Assembly (NCBI GenBank): GCA_040954595.2
Contig: CM082582.2
Location: 806,001 to 870,000, forward strand
DNA: 64,000 nt
Source: Balanoglossus misakiensis
Taxonomy: Eukaryota > Animalia > Hemichordata
Direction: 5' to 3'
Shown: in pieces, positions 37,773 through 51,773 of the stretch
Layout: the number at the start of each line of letters is the position of its first letter
How positions within the stretch are numbered: the stretch's first letter is position 1
Position numbers and translations under genes: made by a program
The notes under the pieces: model-generated
The model's database searches: none
The model's input: only the letters and a program-made list of their open reading frames with translations
What the model was told of the DNA's origin: nothing

Positions 37773-38545
37773 TGTTACGGCCGGTCGTCCTCCGGACGTT
37801 TACCTCATCGGCTTCTGTGGGGAATCAGCCACGTCCGAAAGCTGACGGCGTACATTCTCTCCATCTCCTTCTCCACCCAACATATTCATAAAGTCCGAGA
37901 GAGGTACCCGGCAGATCGTAAACCTTTCGTAGACAGAGACTTGCAAGAAGTTTTCCGAGTAACACAAAGTTCTGGTTTATTACTGGTCACACGTAAGAAT
38001 TACACGACTCGATCCATGCTCGTTGACTCCCATCACGGATCTCCGGTGATAAATGTGTGATCTCAAATTTCACCACACCTTATTAATACGTTAGTCAAGT
38101 ATTAAGTCATAAAAGGAACACGTCATCTTGATATTTCTTAAACATGAACTTAGCGCGTGATATCTCTATCTCGTTCTGACATGTATCAATTACACAATCT
38201 TGTTTACTCTGGGTCAAGTACCAATGTCAATACTGGACTAAAACCATATAAGTGAATGACTTCTTACGTAATCATAAACAAGATCTATGATCGTTAAAAC
38301 TCAATCGTGACACTTGTATTACCGCTGGTTTCTCATGATTGTTCATGCATCGGGGAATCTGTAGCGATGAGGTAACGGGCTCTGACGAGAACCGTGATCC
38401 ACGGAGAAACGTATCTGATTTACGTTCATTTATTGTCCGGAATTATTATAGTACATCAAATACGCCCAGTAAAGTACATGAGGAAGGGAACGAGCTCAGT
38501 AGCCTGAGGTACTCCCATCTCCCGTTATATTATTCTCCCCTAACT
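37773..38545 (-). mobile_element. Probable LTR (Gypsy-like) with adjacent polypurine tract
   Basis: Ends TGTTACGG (37773) / CCGTTATA (38529); AATAAA on minus; AGGGGAGAA PPT-like just outside; no TSD seen. Confidence 0.45.
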
Positions 38546-38611
38546 TTGGAAACAAAGTTCTCTTATAATTACTTTTCTCAAGGCGTGGTTAACCATGTAA
38601 AATATCACAAA

Positions 38612-41600
38612 TACATGTAGTGGCCAGTGTCGTGCCCATTAATTTTGAGTGTTTGGTGGGGTCAACCTTTGCGTTAACATTGATTAACCAGGCCATGCAG
38701 AGCTAGTGGCCAGTGTCGTGCCCATTAATTTTGAGTGTTTGGTGGGGTCAACCTTTGCGTCAACATTGATTAACCAGGCCATGCAGAGCTAGTGGCCAGT
38801 GTCGTGGCCATTAATTTTTAGTGTTTGGTGGGGTCAACCTTTGCGTCAACATTGATTAACCAGGCCATGCAGAGCTAGTGGCCAGTGTCGTGCCCATTAA
38901 TTTTGAGTGTTTGGTGGGGTCAACCTTTGCGTCAACATTGATTAACCATGCCATGCAGAGCTAGTAGCCAGTGTCGTGCCCATTAATTTTGAGTGTTTGG
39001 TGGGGTCAACCTTTGCGTCAACATTGATTAACCAGGCCATGCAGAGCTAGTGGCCAGTGTCGTGCCCATTAATTTTGAGTGTTTGGTGGGGTCAACCTTT
39101 GCGTCAACATTGATTAACCAGGCCATGCAGAGCTAGTGGCCAGTGTCGTGCCCATTAATTTTGAGTGTTTGGTGGGGTCAACCTTTGCGTCAACATTGAT
39201 AAACCAGGCCATGCAGAGCTAGTGGCCAGTGTCGTTCCCATTAATTTTGAGTGTTTGGTGGGGTCAACCTTTGCTTCAACATTGATTAACCAGGCCAGAG
39301 CTTAGTGGCCAGTGTCGCGCCCATTAATTTTGAGTGTTTGGTGGGGTCAACCCTTGCGTCAACCTTGATTAGCCAGGCCAGAGCTAGTGGCCAGTGTCGT
39401 GCCCATCAATTATGAGTGTTTGGTGGGGTCAACCCTTGCGTCAACATTGATTAGCCAGGCCAGAGCTTAGTGGCCAGTGTCGCGCCCATTAATTTTGAGT
39501 GTTTGGTGGGGTTAACCCTTGCGTCAACCTGGATTAGCCAGGCCAGAGCTAGGGGCCAGTGTCGCGCCCATCAATTTTGAGTGTTTGGTGGGGTCAACCT
39601 TTGCGTCAACCTTGATTAGCCACGGCAGAGCTAGTGGCCAGTGTCGTGCCCACAAATTTTGAGTGTTTGGTGGGGTCAACCCTTGCATCAACATTGATTA
39701 GCCAGGCCAGATCTAGTGGCCAGTGTCGCGCCCATCAATTTTGAGTGTTTGGTGGGGTCAACCCTTGCGTCAACATTGATTAGCCAGGCCAGAGCTAGTG
39801 GCCAGTGTCGTGCCCATCAATTTTGAGTGTTTGGTGGGGTCAACCCTTGTGTCAACATTGATTAGCCAGGCCAGAGCTAGTCTCCAGTGTCGTGCCCATC
39901 AATTTTGAGTGTTTGGTGGGGTCAACCCTTGCGTCAACATTGATTAGCCAGGCCAGAGCTAGTGGCCAGTGCCGTGCCCATCAATTTTGAGTGTTTGGTG
40001 GGGTCAACCCTTGCGTCAACCTTGATTAGCCAGGCCAGAGCTAGTGGCCAGTGTCGTGCCCATTAATTTTGAGTGTTTGGTGGGGTCAACCTTTGCGGCA
40101 ACATTGATTAACCAGGCCATGCAGAGCTAGTGGCCAGTGTCGTTCCCATTAATTTTGAGTGTTTGGTGGGGTCAACCTTTGCTTCAACATTGATTAACCA
40201 GGCCAGAGCTTAGTGGCCAGTGTCGTGCCCATCAATTTTGAGTGTTTGGTGGGGTCAACCCTTGCGTCAACCTTGATTAGCCAGGCCAGAGCTAGTGGCC
40301 AGTGTCGTGCCCATCAATTTTGAGTGTTTGGTGGGGTCAACCCTTGCGTCAACATTGATTAGCCAGGCCAGAGCTTAGTGGCCAGTGTCACGCCCATTAA
40401 TTTTGAGTGTTTGGTGGGGTTAACCCTTGCGTCAACCTTGATTAGCCAGGCCAGAGCTAGTGGCCAGTGTCGTGCCCAGTAATTTTGAGTGTTTGGTGGG
40501 GTCAACCTTTGCGTCAACATTGATTAACCAGGCCATGCAGAGCTAGTGGCCAGTGTCGTTCCCATTAATTTTGAGTGTTTGGTGGGGTCAACCTTTGCTT
40601 CAACATTGATTAACCAGGCCAAAGCTTAGTGGCCAGTGTCGTGCCCATCAATTTTGAGTGTTTGGTGGGGTCAACCTTTGCTTCAACATTGATTAGCCAG
40701 GCCAGAGCTTAGTGGCCAGTGTCGCGCCCATTAATTTTGAGTGTTTGGTGGGGTTAACCCTTGCGTCAACCTGGATTAGCCAGGCCAGAGCTAGTGGCCA
40801 GTGTCGTGCCCATCAATTTTGAGTGTTTGGTGGGGTCAACCTTTGCGTCAACCTTGATTAGCCACGCCAGAGCTAGTGGCCAGTGTCGCGCCCATCAATT
40901 TTGAGTGTTTGGTGGGGTCAACCTTTGCGTCAACCTTGATTAGCCACGCCAGAGCTAGTGGCCAGTGTCGTGCCCATCAATTTTGAGTGTTTGGTGGGGT
41001 CAACCCTTGCGTCAACATTGATTAGCCAGGCCAGAGCTAGTGGCCAGTGTCGCGCCCATTAATTTTGAGTGTTTGGTGGGGTCAACCCTTGCGTCAACAT
41101 TGATTAGCCAGGCCAGAGCTAGTGGCCAGTGTCGCGCCCATCAATTTTGAGTGTTTGGTGGGGTCAACCCTTGCGTCAACATTGATTAGCCAGGCCAGAG
41201 CTAGTGGCCAGTGTCGTGCCCATCAATTTTGAGTGTTTGGTGAGGTCAACCTTTGCGTCAACATTGATTAACCAGGCCATGCAGAGCTACATTGTAGTGG
41301 CCAGTGTCGTGCCCATCAATTTTGAGTGTTAGTTGGGGTCAACCTTTGCGTCAACATTGATTAACCAGGCCATGCAGAGCTAGTGGCCAGTGTCGTGCCC
41401 ATCAATTTTGAGTGTTTGGTGGGGTCAACCTTTGCGTCAACATTGATTAACCAGGCCATGCAGAGCTACATTGTAGTGGCCAGTGTCGTGCCCATCAATT
41501 TTGAGTGTTTGGTGGGGTCAACCTTTGCGTCAACATTGATTAACCAGGCCATGCAGAGCTAGTGGCCAGTGTCGTGCCCATCAATTTTGAGTGTTTGGTG

Positions 41601-41996
41601 GGGTCAACCTTTGCGTCAACATTGATTAACCAGGCCATGCAGAGCTAGTGGCCAGTGTCGTGCCCATCAATTTTGAGTGTTTGGTGGGGTCAACCTTTGC
41701 GTCAACATTGATTAACCAGGCCATGCAGAGCTAGTGGCCAGTGTCGTGCCCATCAATTTTGAGTGTTTGGTGGGGTCAACCTTTGCGTCAACATCGATTA
41801 ACCAGGCCATGCAGAGCTAGTGGCCAGTGTCGTGCCCATCAATTTTGAGTGTTTGGTGGGGTCAACCTTTGCGTCAACATTGATTAACCAGGCCATGCAG
41901 AGCTAGTGGCCAGTGTCGTGCCCATTAATTTTGAGTGTTTGGTAGGGTCAACCTTTGCGTCAACATTGATTAACCAGGCCATGCAGAGCTACATGT
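38612..41996. repeat. Minisatellite, ~40 units of 82-86 bp
   Basis: Unit TAGTGGCCAGTGTCGTGCCCAT...CCAGGCC(ATGC)AGAGC; period 86 at 38618/38704/38790. Confidence 0.97.
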
Positions 41997-42161
41997 ATGT
42001 TGCCTGTAAGGCACACATCTCCAATTGGTACATTGGGCCTATCATACTGTACATGTACAACTAGGAAAATGTACTTCATCATATTTCCATAGTCAGCAGC
42101 TTCAAGAACATGTTGCCTTCTCTATATGAATGTTTAGACTAAAAAGAAGTATAAGAAGAAT

Positions 42162-43430
42162 TAAAGCTGCAAGCAGCGTTGGCGGGGCACAAGCGGTTCC
42201 CATGGTGACCAGCAAATGCCACGGCTGTATCTGCTGGGGATACCAATATATGGGAAAGTAGGTCAAAGGTCACCTGAGGTCACCCAAAATTTGGGCAAAA
42301 AAATTGGACCCCATAATAGTCTAGATCCAACAAAAAACCAGACCCCTAGCCCTATTGGTTCGCCTGCAATTAGGTATGCACATAATTAATGAAGTCTTGT
42401 GTAAGACTCCATTATGTGCTCAATCCCCATAAAAGCCAGGGCTCTAACTGCTCTGGATGCTGAGATATGGGAAAGTAGATCAAAGGTCACCCAAGGTCAC
42501 CCAAAATTAGGGCATAAAATTTTGACCCCAGAGTGGGCCATGTCCAACCAATACCAGACCTCTAGCCCTATTGGGTAGCATGGAATTAGATATGCAGAAA
42601 AATGATGTTTCAGAAATAGGTCAAAGGTCATTGTCAAAATTACCAAAATATTTGTGTCATGTCCTGGCAGCATTGGTACCCATGTCCACAAAATTCATGA
42701 CTTTGGTGCTTTGACAAGAGGAGGTATGGGGAATATGCATATATAATTAGTTGTTTTAAAACTGGGTCAAAGGTCATGTGAAAATTGCCCCGAAAAATTG
42801 TGACAACTTCCGGTCATATGATGACTCATATCCCAAAAAAGTATTTCCATGCTGTCAACATTTTGGCTACAAAACGGAATTATCACTTTTCAATGGTTTT
42901 CCGAAAATCCAACATGGCCGCCATAATGATCGACCAATCACAGTGCGCTTCGCAAACTTGATAGACATAGGTTAGGTGACCACATATCCCAAATCCCGAG
43001 ACTCGGTAACCGCTGGTTCTGGAGAAGAAGATTTTTAAAGTTTTAAGTAGTTTTTCAGAAAAACAATTGTAGCAAAAAAACTTTATGTATGACGTCATGA
43101 TTTTAATGGGGTAAAATGATGGACATAAGGTAGGCTACCTGCACACCAAATTTGAACTCGATCGGCCCAGTGGTTTTAGAGAAGGACTCATTTAACGATT
43201 TTCAGGAAATCCAATATGGCCGCCAGGTCACGTGACTAATTAAATATTCACGAGCCACTGCACGTCTACTCATTGGCCCCTACCACCCTACCAAGTTTCA
43301 GCCCCCTAGGTGCTGCGGTTTTCCAGATCTACCTGGCCGAATTTCTCGGAAGAAGAAGAATAATAAAGAAGAAATATTCCAACAATAACAATGGGGGCAC
43401 AAGCCGCCTGAGGGCGCTTGTGCCCCCAAT
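42162..43430 (-). mobile_element. Full-length HINE (non-autonomous Helentron)
   Basis: Minus-strand 5' hairpin GGGGGCACAAGC...GCTTGTGCCCCC, (TTC/TAT) microsatellite, 3' subTIR GCTTGTGCCCC + stem-loop GCTGC-TT-GCAGC; inserted in T-rich site; empty site at ~920-930. Confidence 0.85.
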
Positions 43431-43859
43431 AAAGTTGTCCAATTATTGTTGGCAGGGGGTGGGGATGTGTGCTCCCATACAAATGTATATGGGTATGTAC
43501 TCTTTAAGAAAAACCTTCATATGCAAGAGAAAAATGGTAAATGACAAAGAAAATTTGACTGGTATTACAATAGGTCGGGTTTTTGGCATTTACACATATT
43601 GATGTTATCAACCGGGAAGCACACTACATGCTGAAAATAATTGGAGACCTCTCGCCCGGGGTGTCGGCCAGTGGCCACATACATTTCCAGTCCTAAACCT
43701 TGCATCAGTTCTGTGGTGCGGATTAAGAAATAAGATTGGCGCTACAATATGCCCACTTAGTTTGAAATGGATTCTGCATATATACATGTAAACACATTGA
43801 AAATGAGATATTACACATATAATCATGGGACAAGAAGGGCAAAAATTAAATTATCCAGC

Positions 43860-44560
43860 AGGTGTTCGAATTATGCAAATTAGAACAGTTGTCTAATATT
43901 GCCATGTCAACCACGTTGAAATTGTTTTAGGTACCCATATTAATTAAAACCGTGAAAATGCGATATTACACACCATATAAGACAAACCAGGGAAATTTAC
44001 ATGTTAGAGAAGTTTGTCGGCCATTTGGATTATGCAAATTAGAACAGTTGTCTAATATTGCCATGTCAACCACGCTGAAATTGTTTTAGTTACCCATATT
44101 GATGAAAACCCTGCAAATGCGATTTTAGGCACCATATAAGACAAAACAGGGAAATTTACATTTAAGAAGAGTTTGGTGGCCATTTTGGATTATGCAAATT
44201 AGAACAGCTGTCTAATATTGCCATGTCAACGACGTTGAAATTGTTTTAGGTACCCATATTGATGAAAACCCTGCAAATGCGATATTACACACTATTAAAG
44301 ACAACCATAGTAAATTTACATGTTAGAGAAGTTTGTCGGCCATTCTAGATTATGCAAATTAGAACAGCTGTCTAACATTGCAATGTCAACCACGTTGAAA
44401 TTGTTTTAGGTACCCATATTGATGAAAACCCTTCAAATGCGATACTACACACTATTTAAGACGACCATAGGAAATTTACATGTTAGAGGAGTTTGGCGGC
44501 CATTTTGGACTATGCAAATGAGAAGAGTTGAACAAAAAATGCCATATTTGCAATGCTGTT
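43860..44560 (+). repeat. ~160-bp tandem repeat, ~4 units
   Basis: TATGCAAAT anchor at ~43872, 44031, 44191, 44351, 44511. Confidence 0.9.
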
Positions 44561-44899
44561 GTCTTGTTTTGGGTGCCTATGTTAAGGCTTGAAAATGAAA
44601 GCTTATTCACCATTTTGGCACAAACAGTGGCGAGAAGGTGTTCCAATGCAACTTAGAAGAGTTGCCATATTTGCAATACAGTTATATTGTTTAAGGTATG
44701 AATGCAAATCCTGAATATTAGATTTATAACAATTTCATTGGAAAGAACATTTGTAGGTTCATCATTGACCCCATAGGACTGTCAACTCGACTACAGACAG
44801 TCTCGATGAACACAAGACATGATCCCAATTTGCAAGCTGAGTTGAAACTGACTGCTGCAGTAACTTTAGCTCTGGGAATGTCTTGTGTGATTTAAAGCA

Positions 44900-47292
44900 A
44901 TTGATGACCAAATTTAACACAGTTTCTCTGAGGTAACCACTTAGCTTTCGTGACTGGTTGTTTAAGAATCCAAAAAACATGAATTCTACCCAATGAATTC
45001 AACCCTTAGAATTTCACAACTGTAACAGAGTTTGCAGTCATGCACAAAAGTGTGTATCATACACATAGGAAATTTCTCACATGTATTTTTATGATGGCAA
45101 TGCATTTGACTGTAAACAAACATTGACATCAGTCAGTAGCGCTATTTTGTCAGTGAAATGGCTTCATCATCATCCCTCCAACCAAAGTTGAAACTGAGTT
45201 GCAAATATTGCACAGCTTGAAATCATAAAATGTTGCAAAATTGAACCAACAGTTCGGTCAATGATCAAGTTCTTACAGCTATTATTAGAACCAGACAATC
45301 TCAGCGAACAAGAGACATGGGCCTTATTTGCAAGTCGAGTTAGAACTGCCTTTGCCTGCCCACGGACGCCCCAGTTTCAGCAAAAATTATTGCATCAAAA
45401 TGTGAGTATGGAGAACTATGCTCTGTGTTCCTTTTGTTAGCTTACATAGCTGTTGTCATTCTAGTTTTTCCTCTGTCCTGTGAACAGAGTTTCAGTTGCG
45501 AAAACCGACAGTTCTCAAAGTACAAAAGTACACCTAAATTGCCTCGGTGATGAGCATGCAGAATTTATCTGATGCTTTTTACTGGCAGAAGGACCCCACC
45601 AGTTGCAGATTGTCAATTCCATGGCACAAGGGAATTTACGCTTTGCGTTCAAATATAAATAATTAACACCTGTTTAATTTTTCTATATGTTCTTAAGTGA
45701 TGATTCAAAAGTATTATGACTGCTAGTGTGATTAATATTCTATTTTCAAAATGTGTTTCTCTTAATGATTATGAATACATCAAAATTTATGCTTTAAAAT
45801 TAAATCATTATACCTGAAATATTGCAAATATTTGGAGGGTTGCATTTAATTTGAAGTTCTCGATCAAAGTTTTAGGCATAAAAAAGGTGCTACACCCCCG
45901 AAAAATTGGTAGCTATGAATTCAATTCAAAGAGTGTTGTAATGTCTGTTTTGCAACAGGGTGCCAGTTCAACAAAGCGCATGAGGATAGTAAATCACCTT
46001 TGTGAATTTTGTGCACCACAGTAAGAATTCCCTAGAAACTGCAAACTAAATTGCAAAGCAATCAGACAAAAATGGCAGTAATTGCCAAAAAAAACAAAAC
46101 AATATTGTCACTTCCATCACTGGGTTTGTTAAATTGTCATAAAATCACACCTAAGAACATGCAAACCAAATTTTAAAAAAAATGTGGGTAGAGGTTTCTG
46201 AGTATATGACGACCAAAATCACCCCAAAATATACTTCAAAAATGAAAAATAAAATCTGTATAAAGTCTCAATAACATAAATACACACCAATTTCTAAAGC
46301 AATCTGACCAGTACCTTCTTGAGTTTCTGAGTTTAGAACAATTTCACATTGGTCCCAATGGTATATTGACATATACAAAATTGGACCTAAAGAGTAAAAC
46401 ACATTTCAAAGATTTTACAATTAAAGCCTCACAAGCTGCCAAATTTTACACATCTTTTTCCACAATAACATTTTTCAAATCATCCACCTATCCTTTAAAA
46501 TCAGCACCATTGAGCCATATTACTTGAATTTGCATGGGGTTTGTCATCTCTCTGCGATGTGTACCCTCCATATGGAGGCTGATTAAAACAGGTGTGGCGC
46601 TCGTTTAATATCTGACTTCTTTAAATTGCAACATACAGGCACATTCATTAGTCAATAAAATGTTCATGTATACCTATCAGTCAGTTTGTTTAGATGAACA
46701 AATCTAAGATGGAAAGTAATATCATGAAAATACTGAAAGATTGGAAACTCTGAGTTTGAGTCTAAGGATAACAAGGGAACCTCTCTACTATTTGACGCAC
46801 CAAAGCTATGAAAAACTTCCTTCTTTCCCTCAAATATTTTTTATGAATATGTTCTACTCCGTGATTAAAATTTCCCTTTTACCAAATGTACATATGTAAG
46901 AGACGAGATTTTTTCAGCAAAATTTCAAATGGCCTAGGGTGACTTTTTACCTACTTACCCATATTGGGTAGCATGAAACACAGAATGGCATACCAGTGGG
47001 TTAGAGATACAGCGTTTTATATTAACATGAATTAACATGAATTTAAAAATTTGATGGTTTACTTAGGACTGCCTTGATCCATGGTAACCTCATTAAATAT
47101 GTACATATCTAATTCTAGGCTATCCAGTTGCGGTAGAAACCTGGACATGGACAACTTTGGGGTCAAAATCTTTTGACAAAATGTTGGGTGTTCTTGGGTA
47201 AACTTTGACCTACATTCCTATATCTTGGCATCCGGCACAGATACATCCTTGACACTTGGAGTGATGGAACTGCATAATGGAGTATTATGTCT
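44900..47292 (+). repeat. Module copy M1 (partial)
   Basis: 44940-45800 is RC of 51780-52710 and direct match to 60665-61560; 46990-47292 is RC of 47885-48185 and direct match to 63225-63515. Confidence 0.8.
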
Positions 47293-48730
47293 CAGCTAGT
47301 CACAGTGCTTTTGCTGTGTTTTATGTCTTTTATTCAGCCAAATTAGATGTTTTTCATTACACATTGGCTGTGTTTGCCAGTACTTTTTAGCTGGTCACAC
47401 TGCCTTAACACAATGTATTCTCAAAATACTCTGCAATCTTAATGAAGCATATACAGCAGACAAAGTTGTGGTAAGACTAAACTTGCCCTTCTTTGTGATT
47501 AAAGCATGACCGGCCTGTCTTAGGTGGCCCCTACCTAGGGGCTTTACCCGTCATTGGCTCACAGTCTGAGAAATCAGCTCTGCAGGGAAGTTAACGATGT
47601 AACCCACCATTAAAGCTTGGATTTCCGCTTTTTGTATTTGATGCCTGGCTGAGGCCTTCTTAGGATCTACCCAACGCTGAGTAGGCTATCCCGTCATTGG
47701 CACACAGTCTCAGGGAGGGAGTCAAAAGTTCAGTATACCATCAAAGCCTTTATATTGTCCATTCTTTTTAAGAGAAGGCTGGCTGCTGTAGAAAAATGTT
47801 GATCTCAAATTTATCATGTCCAAAAAGCCAGACTTCCAGCCCTATTGGTTAGGCTGGCATTAGGTAAGTACATAATTAATGAGGCAAGACATAATACTCA
47901 ATCAAATAGTTCCATCACTCCAAGTGTCAAGGTTGTATCTGCTCCGGATGCTAAAATATAGGAATGTAGGTCAAAGTTTACCCAAGATCACACAAATGTT
48001 TGTCAAAAGATTTTGACCCCGAAGTTGTCCATGTCCAGGTTTCTACTTCAGCTGAATAGCCTAGAATTAGATATGCACATATTTAACGAGGTTACCATTG
48101 CTCAGGGGGGTCTTAAATTAACCATCAAATTTTAGTTTCATATTAATGCATATTAATATAAAACACTGTATCTCTAACCCTACAGGTAAGCCTAGAATTA
48201 GGTACATGTACATGCGTAAGTTTTTGACAAGACAGTTAAGCTGTAATCTATGTACATGAACCTTGACAATTGACTTAAAATAACATAAAGGCAGAACTGA
48301 TACTGATTGGAGATAGATATTACTAATGACAGTGATGTTAATTACACCAGGAATGTTTGTCTTAGTATACGGTAGCTAACCGACTGCTTGAGGTTAAGTA
48401 ATGAAAGTGCCCACTTGCGATTCACCTTCAAATAGCTACTTAGTCTTTGGTACATGTACATTGTTTTTCCAATGATTAGACAAAGGATATACATACGTGT
48501 AATTAAGGTTGGGTAGCATTTTCAATGTAATAAGCCCTGCCTTCACTATAATCTTACACCAAATCAACACTGTTCAGGAATGTGATAGGCTTCAAAGCGA
48601 CGCTAGTTACATCATAATTCCCAGCAAGGGGTATTAGTTTATTGGGCAAGTGGCATGAGTGAGGCCAGACATTAGTTTTGGAAGCAAAGCGGACAGAACA
48701 CTGCCGGGCATAGACTAGGTAGTTCTGAAT

Positions 48731-50223
48731 AGTCATGTTTCATAAGTCAGGTCCATGACATATGTACCGACATCTGTGATTGGTCCATCTGGTAATCTTA
48801 GGTCCACTTGAGGCACGGTGATTGGAGGGACCTTATGTGTTAGGTCTTATTATTATGTATTATTCACTAGACCTTGTAGGTTAGGTCTTATTACTATGTA
48901 TTATTCACTTTACAGCTCCCTGATTGGTTAATGTGTAGGTCTGGTCCTCCAGTGTTCACTGCCTCATTATGCAGGACCTTGTAGGTTAGGTCTTATTAAC
49001 ATGCATTTATTCAATTTTCAGCTCCCTGATTGGTTAATGTGTAGGTCTCCAATTTTCACTGCCTCGTTATGCAAAGTCTTTTGTACTTTCTGAATACAGT
49101 TGTCGTATTCTGTCTGGCATGCTGCCTGCGCGTTGTCGAAGCTCGATCCCAGTGTATAAAGAAAGGCACTCATATAATGATTGGATTTAACCTTTCCTTC
49201 ACTATTCATGGCATTTTTTTGTGATACTGTGAACTAGATACTCGAAATAAAAATTGCCAGGAGAATTTTTTTATTTTATTTCCAGTGGCGGTTTGTTGAA
49301 ATGGGCTAGTGTTTTGTTACGTAATGCTTTTCAGCGCATCACTTCGTGTAACACCTGGCTGAATACGAAGTGTGTGCTATTCATTCGAGCAAACCAAAAA
49401 TATCTTACAATAGAACTGTTTAGAATAGCATTGCATTTCTTTAATTGGGATACCTCATTAGTTGCTTTACAGGTATGATTACTTTTATTGTACTTCTTTC
49501 ACGAAGCTGCACCGTCATAGTTCCATTTTTATGAAAACAATATACGAATGTATAAACGGACAACGTACTCCTTTTCACAACATCTACGTCAAAACAAATT
49601 TACTTTAAAATAGTAAAACAACAATAATAATATTGATGATGAGAAGTAGGAGGGTGATTTAAGAAAATATACAACTGTTAGCAAAAATGCTTAGATGTGT
49701 TAATCAGATTTTCGAAGTCCATCTAAAAATTTTAATCTTTCCAGGGTGCGGTTTATGTTGGAGATAGTATCAGTCAGGCTATTTCTCAGAAAATTAATGA
49801 ATGACCTGCGGACATCCCGAATAATGTGTTACCACAACGCTAGCCAGGAAGCACATGGGACATTTCACAATGAGGCAGTGAACACTGGGAGACCAGACTG
49901 ACACGTTAACCAATCAGGGAGCTGTATGGTGAATAAATACATATTAATATGACCTAACCTACAAGGTCCTGTATTATGAGGCAGTGAACACATGGGGGAC
50001 CAGACTGACACGTTAACCAATCAGGGAGCTGTAAAGCGAAAAATGCATAGTAATAAGACCTAACCTACAAGGTCTAGTGAATAATACATAATAATAAGAC
50101 CTAACCTACAAGGTCCCTCCAATCAGCGTGCCGCAAGTGGACCTAAGAGAAGCGGATAAACCAATCAAAACATGCAATACATGTGTATAGGACGTGTAAT
50201 GTAGGTCATTTTGAAACAGGACT
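48731..50223. mobile_element. Foldback-like insertion with long modular TIRs, apparent 3-bp TSD AAT
   Basis: 48770-49075 is RC of 49865-50165 with ~108-bp subrepeats; absent at the homologous site ~62697 in M3. Confidence 0.7.
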
Positions 50224-51318
50224 AATGTGACCATGGACGTTACCACATTAGACTCTGTATTGTAAGTTTCTGAAGAATCGCAAAAAATCATCAACAGTCT
50301 ACATGTACTTCAACCTTGTGAGAAGTACTGTATAACACACAGGATATACTAGTCACTGTTGGTCAGGTTATTACACACTGTGGTCCCATCTGGGGATTAC
50401 ACAAAATTAGGTATGTCTGTGTTCATGGGAAAAATCATGTGACATTGGCAAGCAGATATGACCTACTGTAAGAACATTTCAAAGGAACCAGACAAGTATT
50501 TTAGGGAAAACAACATTCAACAATGACAAAAACTGCCTCAAACCACATCTATCCAACTATCAACAAATTGTATAATATCTACTTCAATCACCACGCCTAC
50601 CAAAGTTGAAAGCAATCTGACTAGTAGTTTCAAAGAATACAAATTGCAAAAATTGCCCCAAGACCACAATATGTAAATTTCACCAAAATGATATACAACA
50701 TTACTTGGGTTACCTCTTGGAACAAGCATACCAAAATTTAAAAGCAATCTAAGGAGTTTCTCAGAAAATGAATTTTGACCAAAAATGACAGATTACAAAT
50801 TCTGCGACAATTTAAACAAAACCAACTAAGATCACCTACCGGAAGTGTCATACTAAATTCTAAAGAAATCAGCCAATCTCTTTAAGAGGAAAAGATTTTT
50901 TTTCAAATGGTAAAACAAGACAAAATAATTGCATAAAAAATAGACAATTCACGATATAAACTCAAAGTATATCAGGTATGATGACATTACCTACATGCAT
51001 ACAAATGTTCAAAGCAGTCTAACAAGTTGTTGAGTTTTGATCAATTCCACATATTTCACAGGTTATTTGCGTATTTTTGCATTGACAACTTCATTTCAGC
51101 AAAATCCCATCTACACACCAAAATAAAAAAAGCATGGTTTCATGTTTTGGATCAGGGCAGACATACATCCATATATACATGTAACATGCATACACACATG
51201 TACACACACACACAAACACATGCATACATGGCTGCATACATACATACATACATACATACATACATACAGAGGGAAACGGTCTGGTAATCAATGTTGTGAC
51301 ACTAGCATTAGGCCTTAA

Positions 51319-51773
51319 ACCCCGGTGCGGAAAGTACTGGGGTTCGGATTAACGTGTGTTTGTACAGTTGTTTATTTGGGAGTGGTCGTCGTGCATAATA
51401 ACTGTGTAATTGATCTCATGTACATAGAAAATAATTGAACACTTTACACCTCTATGCGATTGACAGCTGTTTGAATGGCGTGGTTATTGTTTCCCAGGGA
51501 TGCTTCTGAAAAGCACTGAAACCAGATTTCTCCCAAAATCATCGTTGTTTCAAAAGCTCGTGTACTTTTTCATCGATAACTTTATGTTGTGTGTGTTTAT
51601 AAAGCCAACCACTGTCATTGTGTGGTGTAATTCTTTATGCTTGGATCTGTTTGGGCCGATTTTCATAGAGCCAAGATCATTAGAGCCAAGATCGTTGGTG
51701 TTGTCTGTTGTCAGTCAAACGGCATTAAGATTCGCCACTGATTTGGGGGGTCTTTTATACCACGCATCGGGGT
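51319..51773. mobile_element. TTAA-target non-autonomous DNA transposon
   Basis: TIR ACCCCGGTGCG / CGCATCGGGGT, TTAA both sides; empty site at ~61585. Confidence 0.8.

Noticed and set aside
38612-41996. CRISPR-like array
   Set aside because: Units are contiguous with no unique spacers; eukaryotic context and no cas genes
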